From Desulfuromonadales bacterium (lineage in GTDB: Bacteria > Desulfobacterota > Desulfuromonadia > Desulfuromonadales > JAGXHI01), in contig JAGXHI010000042.1 in assembly GCA_024636295.1 (NCBI GenBank), positions 7,647 to 71,646 of the forward strand: DNA of 64,000 nt. The letters are read 5' to 3'. Shown piece after piece: positions 18,284 through 26,658 of the stretch; within the stretch, counting starts at the first letter, position 1, and each line of letters starts with the position of its first letter. The translations under genes and the position numbers were made by a program. The notes below the pieces were generated by a model that was not told the DNA's origin, searched no databases, and saw nothing but the letters and a program-made list of their open reading frames with translations.

Positions 18284-19465
18284 TTATGCGCTCCGCCGGC
18301 GGAGAATCCGAACTTTTCCGGCAGCGTGGATAAACTTGAGACCCATGGCGATAAGGCGCTGAGGGATGATCGGTTTGAGCCGTCGAACAGCCCACGAATA
18401 TCCTCTCCAACCGGCCCATTCCAGATGCGCCCTGATCCCCGCATTCCAGACGCGCAGGTCATGTCGGGCGACAGGGGCGGCCCGCCAATTCGCCTTGTAC
18501 GGTTCGTCGCCTCCCAGCAGGTCGTACGACTTACATCCTTTTGCAATAGCAAACTGGATCGCGGCCATCATGGACAATTTGCCGGGCGAACACTTGTCCA
18601 TCGACAGGTCCAATCCTGCCTGATAGGCATAGACGGTCTCTTCATCGAAGAACTGATATTCAATGGCAATGGGTTTTCCCTCGTATTCCAGCCATGCCAG
18701 TCTGAGTTTGCTCTGAGCCAGCAATCCTTTCGAAATAAGTTCATGAAACTTTCGAAATTTCGGATCACTGAAAACCCCCAGCGGCTGACCGGCGCTCCCC
18801 CAGCGATCCGCATGGAGCTCCAACAGCGTCTGGAAACCCTCCCGGAGATCCGCCTCTTCCTCCACCTGGCGAATCCTGATCTTACCCGAATCGAAGAACT
18901 GCCGCTGCAATTTTCGACACCGCTTTCGCAGGGATCTGGAGAGCATCAGCAGGTAGTCATCCCAGGTGGCTGGCAAACTTATTTTCCAGCAGCTGTTGAT
19001 CGGCCGCCGATGCCCAAGACAGCCATTTTCGGTCAGATGGGCCACGGTCGCATGGAGTGCATCGGCATCGGCATCGACCGCTTCGAACAGCAGACGCTTC
19101 CAGTCCTGCCTGCACCGAAGAAGGAACAGAGCCACTTCTCCGCCCACCCTGGACTCCCATCCGGCGGCGGAGAGCCAATCGGTGTGGTGAGTGCAGTTGT
19201 CACGCGCGCCGAGCACGCGAAAGGTCGCACAGGTCCCGCCATTCTGCAGGTACAGCGGCGCCAGACCGACCAGGGCGCCTCCTGGCTCAACAACAAGGAT
19301 AATGTTTAACTTGTCACCCGGCGAGGCATAAATTTTCCACCAGCCGAGAAGCCATTCCGGGGAACGCATCGGCCTGCCGGACGCCAATGTGCGCCAGCCG
19401 TCAAGGTACGGCGCCAACTCCGATACCGAATGGACAGGTTTCGTTTGCAGCGGTTTGCTCAACAT
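18284..19465 (-). CDS. GNAT-fold acyltransferase of the CelD/BioF2-like (FemAB-type) family
   Basis: 393 aa. N-terminal WLLGWWKIY and VGLAPLY, C-terminal YDLLGGDEPYKANW. These are typical of cellulose-biosynthesis CelD-like acetyltransferases. Confidence 0.7.
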   Translation of the reverse strand: MLSKPLQTKPVHSVSELAPYLDGWRTLASGRPMRSPEWLLGWWKIYASPGDKLNIILVVEPGGALVGLAPLYLQNGGTCATFRVLGARDNCTHHTDWLSAAGWESRVGGEVALFLLRCRQDWKRLLFEAVDADADALHATVAHLTENGCLGHRRPINSCWKISLPATWDDYLLMLSRSLRKRCRKLQRQFFDSGKIRIRQVEEEADLREGFQTLLELHADRWGSAGQPLGVFSDPKFRKFHELISKGLLAQSKLRLAWLEYEGKPIAIEYQFFDEETVYAYQAGLDLSMDKCSPGKLSMMAAIQFAIAKGCKSYDLLGGDEPYKANWRAAPVARHDLRVWNAGIRAHLEWAGWRGYSWAVRRLKPIIPQRLIAMGLKFIHAAGKVRILRRRSA

Positions 19466-19495
19466 GGCCAGGTCAGGCGGGACGACATCCCCGTC

Positions 19496-19885
19496 TCAGT
19501 AGGGATTCTCAAGGTCTTGCGCCGAGCAGGTATGATCCCTGATGCGGAATACCGAAGCGCTATTTTTCTTCCAATCGCGAAGTTTCATGGCATCCTTTCC
19601 CATGGCCCGCCTCATCAGCCCGACAGGAAGAACCAGAACAATGAAAATCATCGTTAAAAGGATTTTGGAAACAACAGCGCCAAGCAGGGAACTCAGGGCG
19701 AACCAGAATTTGGCAAAGGGCCGGAACACTGGCGGGTAGGTCATGGCGGCAAGCAGGAAGATGATTGTCAGCAACATGATCAGGGGCCGTGGCCAGAACT
19801 GATAGCAGATCAGGCCAAGCAATACCAGGGCGAGTCCGGAATCCTTGCACTGTTCAGGGGCGAGTTTATGGTCGTTGGATTTCAT
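19496..19885 (-). CDS. SxtJ-family small membrane protein
   Basis: About 129 aa with three TM segments (GLALVLLGLICYQF, LTIIFLLAAM, ILLTMIFIVLVLPVGL). A basic amphipathic tail follows (MRRAMGKDAMKLRDWKK). It is encoded near a carbamoyltransferase, as in the sxtI-sxtJ-sxtK arrangement. Confidence 0.75.
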   Translation of the reverse strand: MKSNDHKLAPEQCKDSGLALVLLGLICYQFWPRPLIMLLTIIFLLAAMTYPPVFRPFAKFWFALSSLLGAVVSKILLTMIFIVLVLPVGLMRRAMGKDAMKLRDWKKNSASVFRIRDHTCSAQDLENPY

Positions 19886-19916
19886 CAAGGAGGCCTCGGT
19901 GGGTTTCTGTTTAAAT

Positions 19917-20094
19917 GTTGAAAACCGGTTGAATCGTTGAATCGTTGAATCGTTGAATCGTTGAATCGTTGAATCGTTGAATCGTTGAATCGTTGAATTG
20001 TTGAACCGTTGAATTGTTGAACCGTTGAAAACCGGTTGAACCGATTCAACGATTCAACGCGCGAAGCGCATTCAACGGTTCAACTGGTTTTTTT
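19917..20094. repeat. left repeat block: 8-bp microsatellite (GTTGAATC)x8 plus 4 degenerate copies, then direct-repeat copy DR-L
   Basis: The 8-mer array spans 19928-20023. DR-L spans 20016-20094: GTTGAACCGTTGAAAACCGGTTGAACCGATTCAACGATTCAACGCGCGAAGCGCATTCAACGGTTCAACTGGTTTTTTT. Confidence 0.95.
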
Positions 20095-20470
20095 ACTTTT
20101 TGGAACGGGCCAGTTGTGAATTTCTCAAGGCATTTATTTTATTGGCCAACCTGTCGATATTCTGGCGCAGCTTTTCGGTGTGCTCCAAGGTCGTAAATCC
20201 GATGTCTGATGCCAGGCTGATTTGGCATACTAACTCCATCAGCGAACTGTATGCTAGCTGCGAAAAGTGCCCCTGGTCTCTCAGGCTCGTCCTGCCGCTT
20301 CCCTCCGCCAGGTTCGAAGCCACCGATATTGCCGCCCTGTTCATCTGGCTCGTCAGGCCAAATCTCTCTTCCACCGGAAAGCTCCTCGTCAAGGCATATA
20401 CCGCCGTGACCAATCGCCGAGAGTCTTGCCAAACTTCGAGCTTCTCGAACGGAAAAAAGTACCGATGCAT
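20093..20470 (-). CDS. four-helix-bundle protein (TIGR02436 / 23S rRNA intervening-sequence protein family)
   Basis: Start MHRYFFPFEKLEVWQDSRRL, then SQMNRAAISVASNLAEGSGR and SSLMEL, the family signature. The ATG at 20470 is preferred over the track start at 20518, which lies inside the repeat. Confidence 0.85.
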   Translation of the reverse strand: MHRYFFPFEKLEVWQDSRRLVTAVYALTRSFPVEERFGLTSQMNRAAISVASNLAEGSGRTSLRDQGHFSQLAYSSLMELVCQISLASDIGFTTLEHTEKLRQNIDRLANKINALRNSQLARSKK

Positions 20471-20483
20471 TTTGTTCCCCCCT

Positions 20484-20670
20484 GTTGAACTGTTGAAAAC
20501 CGGTTGAAACCAATTCAACGATTCAACGCGCGAAGCGCAGTCAACGGTTCAACTGGTTTTTTTCGATTCAACGATTCAAAGCGCGAAGCGCATTCAACGG
20601 TTCAACTGGTTTTTTTACGATTCAACGATTCAAAGCGCGAAGCGCATTCAACGGTTCAACCGATTTTCAA
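20484..20670. repeat. right repeat block: direct-repeat copy DR-R, then two more 53/54-bp units
   Basis: DR-R (20484-20563) is about 94 percent identical to DR-L. Units start at 20513, 20566 and 20620. Each unit reads ATTCAACGATTCAA(C/A)GCGCGAAGCGCA(T/G)TCAACGGTTCAAC. The first two units then continue TGGTTTTTTT, while the third ends CGATTTTCAAC just before the carbamoyltransferase stop. Confidence 0.95.
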
Positions 20671-20672
20671 CA

Positions 20673-22532
20673 TTAATCAAGTTCATACTTTTGCCCCCAA
20701 TACTCTCGATCCTCGTGGCGGTGTTGCTCTTCTTTCCTGAACAGGTAATCGCCCATGACCAGGACGTCCATCTCAGTCCCCATGAAGCAGCGGTAGGCGT
20801 GCTCCGGGGTGCAGACGACGGGTTCGCCCCGTACGTTGAAGCTGGTATTGACGATGACGCCATAGCCGGTCCGTTGTCGGAAGGTGTCGATCAACTGCCA
20901 GTAACGCGGGTTCACTGCCTTATTGACGGTCTGAATACGCGCGGAATAATCGATATGGGTAACCGCCGGGACATCGGAACGTTGGTAGTAGAGGCGCGTG
21001 TAAAGTGGCTGTGAACAGTGATCTTCGGGAAGTGCATTGCATCTCTCTTCTTGCACTCGGGCGACCAGCATCATATAGGGGGACGGCCGGTCCAGCTGGA
21101 AATATTCAGTGCAGCATTCCTCGAGGACCGATGGGGCGAAGGGACGAAATCCTTCCCGGTATTTTATCTTCAGATTGAGCTTCTTCTGCATATCGGCACG
21201 TCGCGCATCGCCCAGAATACTCCTGTTGCCCAACGCCCGCGGCCCAAATTCCATGCGGCCCTGGAACCAGCCCACCACCTGACCCGCATCGAGAAGATCG
21301 GCCACCTCCTCACAGAGTATTGCAAAATCATCATAATAATGGCAAGAGGCCTGAAAACGCCGGGCAACCTTGCCTATCTCCTTGGCACTGTACTCCGGAC
21401 CCAGCAGGACGCCCTTCATCCTGTCGCCCTGGACCGGCTGTCTCGGCTTATCGAGAGAGATGTGCCAGCCCGCCAGGGCCGCACCAAGCGCACCACCGGC
21501 ATCGCCGCTGGCGGGCTGAATCCAGAGATCCTTGAACAGTCCTGACCGCAGCAGTTTGCCATTGGCCACACAATTCAGGGCCACCCCTCCTGCCATCACC
21601 AGATAATCGCTTTTGGTCAGCTGTCTGGCTGTTTTTGCCAGCCGGAGAACAACCTCTTCGGTGACTTCCTGAATCGCCAACGCAAGATTCATCGTGTTCT
21701 GGTCAGGGTCCGCTTCCGATTTCCGGCGCCGCACACCAAAAAGCCTCTCCCAGGCAGCATCGTTGCACATGGTGAGACCCGTGGCGTAATTGAAGTAGTC
21801 CATATTCAGCAGGAAAGAGCCATCCTCGCGAAGGTCGATCATTTCGGCAAGAATCAGGCTCTTCCATTTTTCAACCTGCGTCGAACCGGGAATTCCATAA
21901 GGTGCCAGGCCCATCAGCTTGTATTCGCCGCTGTTGACCTTGAATCCGCAGTAATAGGTAAACGCCGAATAGAGCAGCCCCAAAGAATGGGGGAAATCGA
22001 GTTCCCGCAAGATCTCGATCCGATTTCCATTGCCGGCGCCGATTGTACAGGTCGCCCACTCACCGACCCCGTCAACGGTCAGGATGGCTGCTTCGGAGAA
22101 GGGGGAGGGATAGAAGGCGCTTGCAGCATGAGAGAGATGGTGTTCAGGAAACAGCAGTTCGGGGTTGGCGCAACCGAGCTTTTCAAACTCCTTGCGCAAC
22201 ATCTGTCGCATGAAAAGTTTTTCCTTGACCCACACGGGGATGGCCGACAGGAAGCTTTTCAGCCCCCGAGGCGCGAAACTGTGATAGGTCTCGAGCAGCC
22301 TCTCGAATTTCAGGTACGGCTTGTCATAAAAGACGACATGTGAGATGTCGGAGAACTGCAGACCCGCTTCATCCAGAACATAGCTGATCGCATGATGCGG
22401 GAAGGCAGAATCCTGCTTTTTACGGGTAAACCTCTCCTCCTGGGCGGCGGCGACGATGTCCCCACCGATGATCAGGGCCGCTGCACTGTCGTGATAAAAT
22501 GCCGAGATACCCAGGATCGCCTCCGGCATCAT
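20673..22532 (-). CDS. carbamoyltransferase (NodU/CmcH/SxtI family)
   Basis: 619 aa starting ILGISAFYHDSAAALI..AAQEERFTRKK. The C-terminal part has VNTSFNVRGEPVV. Confidence 0.93.
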   Translation of the reverse strand: MMPEAILGISAFYHDSAAALIIGGDIVAAAQEERFTRKKQDSAFPHHAISYVLDEAGLQFSDISHVVFYDKPYLKFERLLETYHSFAPRGLKSFLSAIPVWVKEKLFMRQMLRKEFEKLGCANPELLFPEHHLSHAASAFYPSPFSEAAILTVDGVGEWATCTIGAGNGNRIEILRELDFPHSLGLLYSAFTYYCGFKVNSGEYKLMGLAPYGIPGSTQVEKWKSLILAEMIDLREDGSFLLNMDYFNYATGLTMCNDAAWERLFGVRRRKSEADPDQNTMNLALAIQEVTEEVVLRLAKTARQLTKSDYLVMAGGVALNCVANGKLLRSGLFKDLWIQPASGDAGGALGAALAGWHISLDKPRQPVQGDRMKGVLLGPEYSAKEIGKVARRFQASCHYYDDFAILCEEVADLLDAGQVVGWFQGRMEFGPRALGNRSILGDARRADMQKKLNLKIKYREGFRPFAPSVLEECCTEYFQLDRPSPYMMLVARVQEERCNALPEDHCSQPLYTRLYYQRSDVPAVTHIDYSARIQTVNKAVNPRYWQLIDTFRQRTGYGVIVNTSFNVRGEPVVCTPEHAYRCFMGTEMDVLVMGDYLFRKEEQHRHEDREYWGQKYELD

Positions 22533-22544
22533 TCGTGGTCCTTT

Positions 22545-22694
22545 CTAGAAAATAGCGTAAATAAAGGGCGCAATCGCAGACCCTCCAGTCATGACGATCA
22601 AGACGCCAAAGAGCAATAAAACGGTTATGATCGGCAATAGCCAGAATTTTTTTCGCACATTGAGAAAACCCCAGAGGTCTTTTAAAAAATCCAT
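22545..22694 (-). CDS. DUF5989 (SxtK-like) 49-aa membrane peptide
   Basis: Too short for the ORF track. My own translation is MDFLKDLWGFLNVRKKFWLLPIITVLLLFGVLIVMTGGSAIAPFIYAIF. This matches the family pattern as I recall it (..FL..RKKFWL.PII..LLL.G.L....GSAIAPFIY..F). It ends 12 nt upstream of the carbamoyltransferase start. Confidence 0.8.
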   Translation of the reverse strand: MDFLKDLWGFLNVRKKFWLLPIITVLLLFGVLIVMTGGSAIAPFIYAIF

Positions 22695-22822
22695 CTGCTT
22701 AGCCTTTTGGAAGAAGATTTCACGAATCGCCGTGCATCGTCATGATCCGTATGCCATTGCCGGGAATCGCCGATCATGCAGATCCAGATCGACATTCCCG
22801 TGCGGATATTAAACGCGAAATA

Positions 22823-25036
22823 TCAGTCAGTGAGTGGAACTCCCTGTTTATAGACCGTGCTCGTCAGCTCTTCACCATCCTCACCCCAGGTTTTGAACTG
22901 GCCGTTGATCTTTCCCCCTGCCAAATCCTTGAAACTTTTGAGACGGCCGTTTTCGTAAAATTCGACCTCGATGCCATGGGGAATCAGGCGATCTCCGGAA
23001 ATCTGCCGCATCTGAACCAGTTTGCGCGGCGCACCGGAGGGATAGCCTTTCAACTCAATCTGAAAAGAGTGCGGTCTGATATTTTTCCCCTTGAGGAGGG
23101 ATGGAATTTTTTCCAGAATCGCTTGGGCCTTGATGTTTTTGGGATTCTGGCGCAAGGCCTCTGCCGCCAAATCATAAGCAACGTCCAGCCGGCCTCTCCT
23201 GCCCATGACCTGGCTTAAAGCCGTCAGCGCACCATCATGGTTCGGCATCTGCTGGCAGACCAACAACAGGTTCGCTGCCGCCTTTTCCGATTCCCGGAAA
23301 TTCGAGCCCATCAGAAATTGTCCCAGTTTCATTCGGATTTCAATCGCTCCAGGGAGATTTTCAAGGGTCGCGTACAGCAGATCCAGCGCTTCATCCGTCT
23401 GACCCTTCTCAACCAGGATGGAGGTCAGAATACTGGCAGAGCTGACCTGTACCTGTTCCGAAGCAACCGTGGTTTCACGGGCCTGTCTTGCAAGCCTGGA
23501 GGCTTCCTCATCTTTTCCCGCCCACAACAACACCCTCGCCAGGTTGGCCAGCGCCAGGCTGTGGGCGACCTCGTCCACCCTGTCATCGATTCTGGCTTCG
23601 GCTACGGAAACCGCCTTTTCCTCCCAACCCTGTTCCGGCCGAAGAATTCCCTCATTCGCCATGGCCCTGACAAGCTCCGTCGCGAGCAGTTTGTGCCCTT
23701 CAATCGTCGGGTGAACATGATCCAGAAAAAACTCTTTGCCGGGGATGGGATGTCCCTTGGCTTTCTGCATGGAGCGCTCGAGAAGACCGACATAGTCGAC
23801 AAGTTGCATTCCCTGCTCCTGAGCGACTTGAGTAACGATCCGCCGCATCGGCGTCAGCGCTCGCAATGGGCAGACGTCCTCGTCACGCGCCCGGCGCAGG
23901 GCCTCGTCGGCCTTCTCGAAGCGTTCCAGGGCGAGCAGGGTTTGCCCACGGCGGTACTGCAATTCAGCATGCCGGGGATCCAGCGCGACTGCGCGGTTGA
24001 GAAGGTCGAGGGCGTTCTCCCATTCTTCCTGCCCGATAGCCGCCTTTGCCTGGGCCAGCAGCTGCCCTGAATGCTGCCGGCTCTCAGGGTCCAGCCCGTC
24101 AGTATGCTGGCTTTTGAAAGGGGCGCAGTCGTTCAGGCTCGAGGCGGGGGTGACGAAAATGATCTCCGCATCGACCGACCTGGCCAGCGCCGCCATGCGC
24201 TCGAGACTGATCCGGTAATGTTCGAAAATCTTCTTCTCCAGGGAATCGTCACGCGTATAGCGGTCGAGTCCGGCAGATTCATCAAGTATGGCGTTTACTT
24301 CTCCGGAGAGTTTGTCACGGTCGACATTCTCCGCCTGCGGGGAGATTCCCAGGCCCTGCAACGCCCTGGTCATGCCCGACCAGGTTCGGGTCCGGGACAA
24401 AAGACCGACGGTGGATCGGATGACGGGTGAGATATCCTTTATTTCGCTGTAGGTCCGTTCCTCGAGGAACTCATTGTGGCCCGTATAAACGATGAAAAGG
24501 TCCGGTTGGTAATGTACCAGTTCCTCCATCAGGTGCGCGACTCGGTAACTCGCATAACTGATGCCGCCGGCGTTGATCACTTCCCACCTCCTGCCGCCGT
24601 CGACCAACGGTAGAAGCTCCCGCAGCCATCCGGTAAAAGAGGTGGCGTCGTTATAAGGCCGACCGTAAGTGGTCGAACCGCCCAGGGTGAAAATTCGATA
24701 GGCGTCCGATGCTTTTTCCCGAGGGAAACTCTGCCGGTTGAAATAGGGTTGCTTGTTCCGTGCCGTGATCATTCGAGGGATATCCGGCGAGCCGGGGTCG
24801 GGCACATAGAGGGGAACATTGGAGGCAAAACCGACAAAAGGGTCCTGGGTGTTCAGAACCGGACTAACCCCGAACAAGGCCAACCCCCCTTCCGCCAAAA
24901 GGAAAAAGACCAGGACGGAGACAACGGGCAGCAGAACCGCCTGCCAGAGGGGCAGGCGCGGCTTTGCTTGCTGGGTGTCCCTGTTCTTGGAAGAACCGGT
25001 ATTTTCGGGTTTTTTGCGGCTGTGAAAAAGTCTCAT
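22823..25036 (-). CDS. membrane-anchored SGNH/GDSL-like hydrolase-TPR protein with a C-terminal MORN/YwqK-like repeat
   Basis: One N-terminal TM segment. SGNH block I is FTLGGSTTYG, and a later block is VYTGHNEF. Multiple TPR-like helices follow. The tail is FYENGRLKSF..GQFKTWGEDGE. Confidence 0.75.
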   Translation of the reverse strand: MRLFHSRKKPENTGSSKNRDTQQAKPRLPLWQAVLLPVVSVLVFFLLAEGGLALFGVSPVLNTQDPFVGFASNVPLYVPDPGSPDIPRMITARNKQPYFNRQSFPREKASDAYRIFTLGGSTTYGRPYNDATSFTGWLRELLPLVDGGRRWEVINAGGISYASYRVAHLMEELVHYQPDLFIVYTGHNEFLEERTYSEIKDISPVIRSTVGLLSRTRTWSGMTRALQGLGISPQAENVDRDKLSGEVNAILDESAGLDRYTRDDSLEKKIFEHYRISLERMAALARSVDAEIIFVTPASSLNDCAPFKSQHTDGLDPESRQHSGQLLAQAKAAIGQEEWENALDLLNRAVALDPRHAELQYRRGQTLLALERFEKADEALRRARDEDVCPLRALTPMRRIVTQVAQEQGMQLVDYVGLLERSMQKAKGHPIPGKEFFLDHVHPTIEGHKLLATELVRAMANEGILRPEQGWEEKAVSVAEARIDDRVDEVAHSLALANLARVLLWAGKDEEASRLARQARETTVASEQVQVSSASILTSILVEKGQTDEALDLLYATLENLPGAIEIRMKLGQFLMGSNFRESEKAAANLLLVCQQMPNHDGALTALSQVMGRRGRLDVAYDLAAEALRQNPKNIKAQAILEKIPSLLKGKNIRPHSFQIELKGYPSGAPRKLVQMRQISGDRLIPHGIEVEFYENGRLKSFKDLAGGKINGQFKTWGEDGEELTSTVYKQGVPLTD

Positions 25037-25231
25037 GCTCTCTAATCTGGCTTCTAATTCTGGTGCGATTTTAATGTGATTTTCAGGGACCGGGTAAACA
25101 GTGCATCATAACGCATCATGAAAGCAGTTTTCAACCTGTGGCGAAGAAATTCCTACCTGGTGGCTCTCCATTTCAAGTGAGGTCTCTTCGCACCAAATCA
25201 GGGACTTGTCGCTCATCCACGAGATGCGTCA

Positions 25232-26566
25232 TCACCAGACCTTCGGAAAAATCATTGCCCTGGTCATCATCCAGCCGGTTTTTCTCAGCGGTTTCAAGAG
25301 CAGACACGCACCGTGGATTGCAAACCAGTAGGAGATAAAGGTTGCGGCAACCGCCCCCATTGCGCCGTAACGAGGGATGAAAACGTAGTTCAGCGCGACA
25401 TTCAGAGCAGATCCCAAGGCGATGGAGATCAGGTTCACCCGGGTCCAGTTCTTCGAAAGGATGAAAACGTCGCGGGCGGCGCCAAGACTGGTGAATACGC
25501 CGGTCCAGATTAAAATGGCGAGCAGCGGAGCGGCATCCTGGTAGGCGGAAGAGAAAAGGATGGTGATGATCTCCTCGGAAAAAAAAGCCACGGGCAAAGC
25601 AACCCCATAGGCCAGCAAAGCCATCCAGTTGTAGAGCTTCTGCATCTGTGTGTAAAAAAGCTCCTCGGAGAAGGCTTCCGTCTTTACGATCATCGGAAAA
25701 AAGGAAGAACTGATGACCATCGGGATGAAGTACCATGCCTCCGAAATTCGCACAGCCACGGAATAAACTCCCAGCTCCTCGTTTCCGATCATGTTGCCGA
25801 TCATGATCTGGTCGATCCGCAGATAAATCATGGTCAACATCGTGGAAAAAACCAGCGGCCAGCTGTCACGCAACAACTTTTTGGCAACGGCCCGGCTGAA
25901 GCGCCAGGCCCTGATCGATAAGCCTCTGAAACGATAGACAATGAGCAAACCTATCGAGCCGACGATCGTCTCCGCCAGGCCGATCCAGGCAAAAGCGATC
26001 AGCGGCGCCTTCATCAGAATCAGTGCGATTTTAATGATATTGACCAGCATGAAAGCCGATGTCTTGGCGTAGACCGTATACTTCCACTGCATCTGGGATT
26101 CGAACCAGAATTCGATGGCGATGAAAGCCTGCACGATCATGCTGGCCCCCAGGATGCCCACCAGCCAGTGAATAAGACGATCATCGGGCCGGGCAAGCAG
26201 TATCATTGCCATCGTCAGGATGTAAGCGAGCACACCGGTAACCAGCATCAGGACGAACGACGTCCCAAGGACTTCATCCCTGCAGGCCGGGTCCTGGGCC
26301 ATGCGCCGGATGGAGATCGCATCCAGAGCCAGCATGGCGACAGGCGAAACGATCAACACCACGGCGAAGGCATAGCTGAGTTGGCCGAACAGCTGCGGGC
26401 CGAGGTAGCGGGCCAGCCAGACGCCGACCAGCAGGCCCACCACCTGGCGAGCCACCTGATCACCCATCATCCAGCCGGTATTGCCCATCGCTCGCTGAAG
26501 GTTCTGTCGGACATCAAGGTTTTTTCGGGTGGATTTCGACAACATTTTTGTCCAGTTCACATTCAA
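25232..26566 (-). CDS. oligosaccharide flippase (Wzx/MOP superfamily)
   Basis: 444 aa with about 12 TM segments and a polysaccharide-biosynthesis-protein-like N-terminus (GNTGWMMGDQVARQVVGLLVGVWLARYLGP). Confidence 0.85.
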   Translation of the reverse strand: MNVNWTKMLSKSTRKNLDVRQNLQRAMGNTGWMMGDQVARQVVGLLVGVWLARYLGPQLFGQLSYAFAVVLIVSPVAMLALDAISIRRMAQDPACRDEVLGTSFVLMLVTGVLAYILTMAMILLARPDDRLIHWLVGILGASMIVQAFIAIEFWFESQMQWKYTVYAKTSAFMLVNIIKIALILMKAPLIAFAWIGLAETIVGSIGLLIVYRFRGLSIRAWRFSRAVAKKLLRDSWPLVFSTMLTMIYLRIDQIMIGNMIGNEELGVYSVAVRISEAWYFIPMVISSSFFPMIVKTEAFSEELFYTQMQKLYNWMALLAYGVALPVAFFSEEIITILFSSAYQDAAPLLAILIWTGVFTSLGAARDVFILSKNWTRVNLISIALGSALNVALNYVFIPRYGAMGAVAATFISYWFAIHGACLLLKPLRKTGWMMTRAMIFPKVW

Positions 26567-26658
26567 CGAGATTCAGATCTCGAAGGACAACATGCACGGT
26601 TATGATAAAAGGAAGAATAAGATGGCAGCTGTTTGACAGGTACGTCAACCGCACTTTT

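Noticed and set aside
17437-18552. Long N-terminal extensions in several track ORFs: 17437-18552, 30398-31765, 1288-1917, 12140-13024, 37553-39721 and 20093-20518.
   Set aside because: The extensions overlap the preceding gene or a repeat. They are low-complexity, and they come before an internal start codon that gives a proper signal peptide, family N-terminus or ATGA coupling. I therefore used the shorter coordinates.
19917-20670. Whether the repeat blocks are a CRISPR array.
   Set aside because: The units of 8 bp and 53/54 bp are directly tandem, with no unique spacers between them. No cas genes are present, and one block is a microsatellite.
22695-22822. A 37-codon minus-strand ORF (MSIWICMIGDSRQWHTDHDD...) in the gap before the DUF5989 gene.
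   Set aside because: It overlaps the DUF5989 start out of frame, and it has no RBS and no recognisable features.
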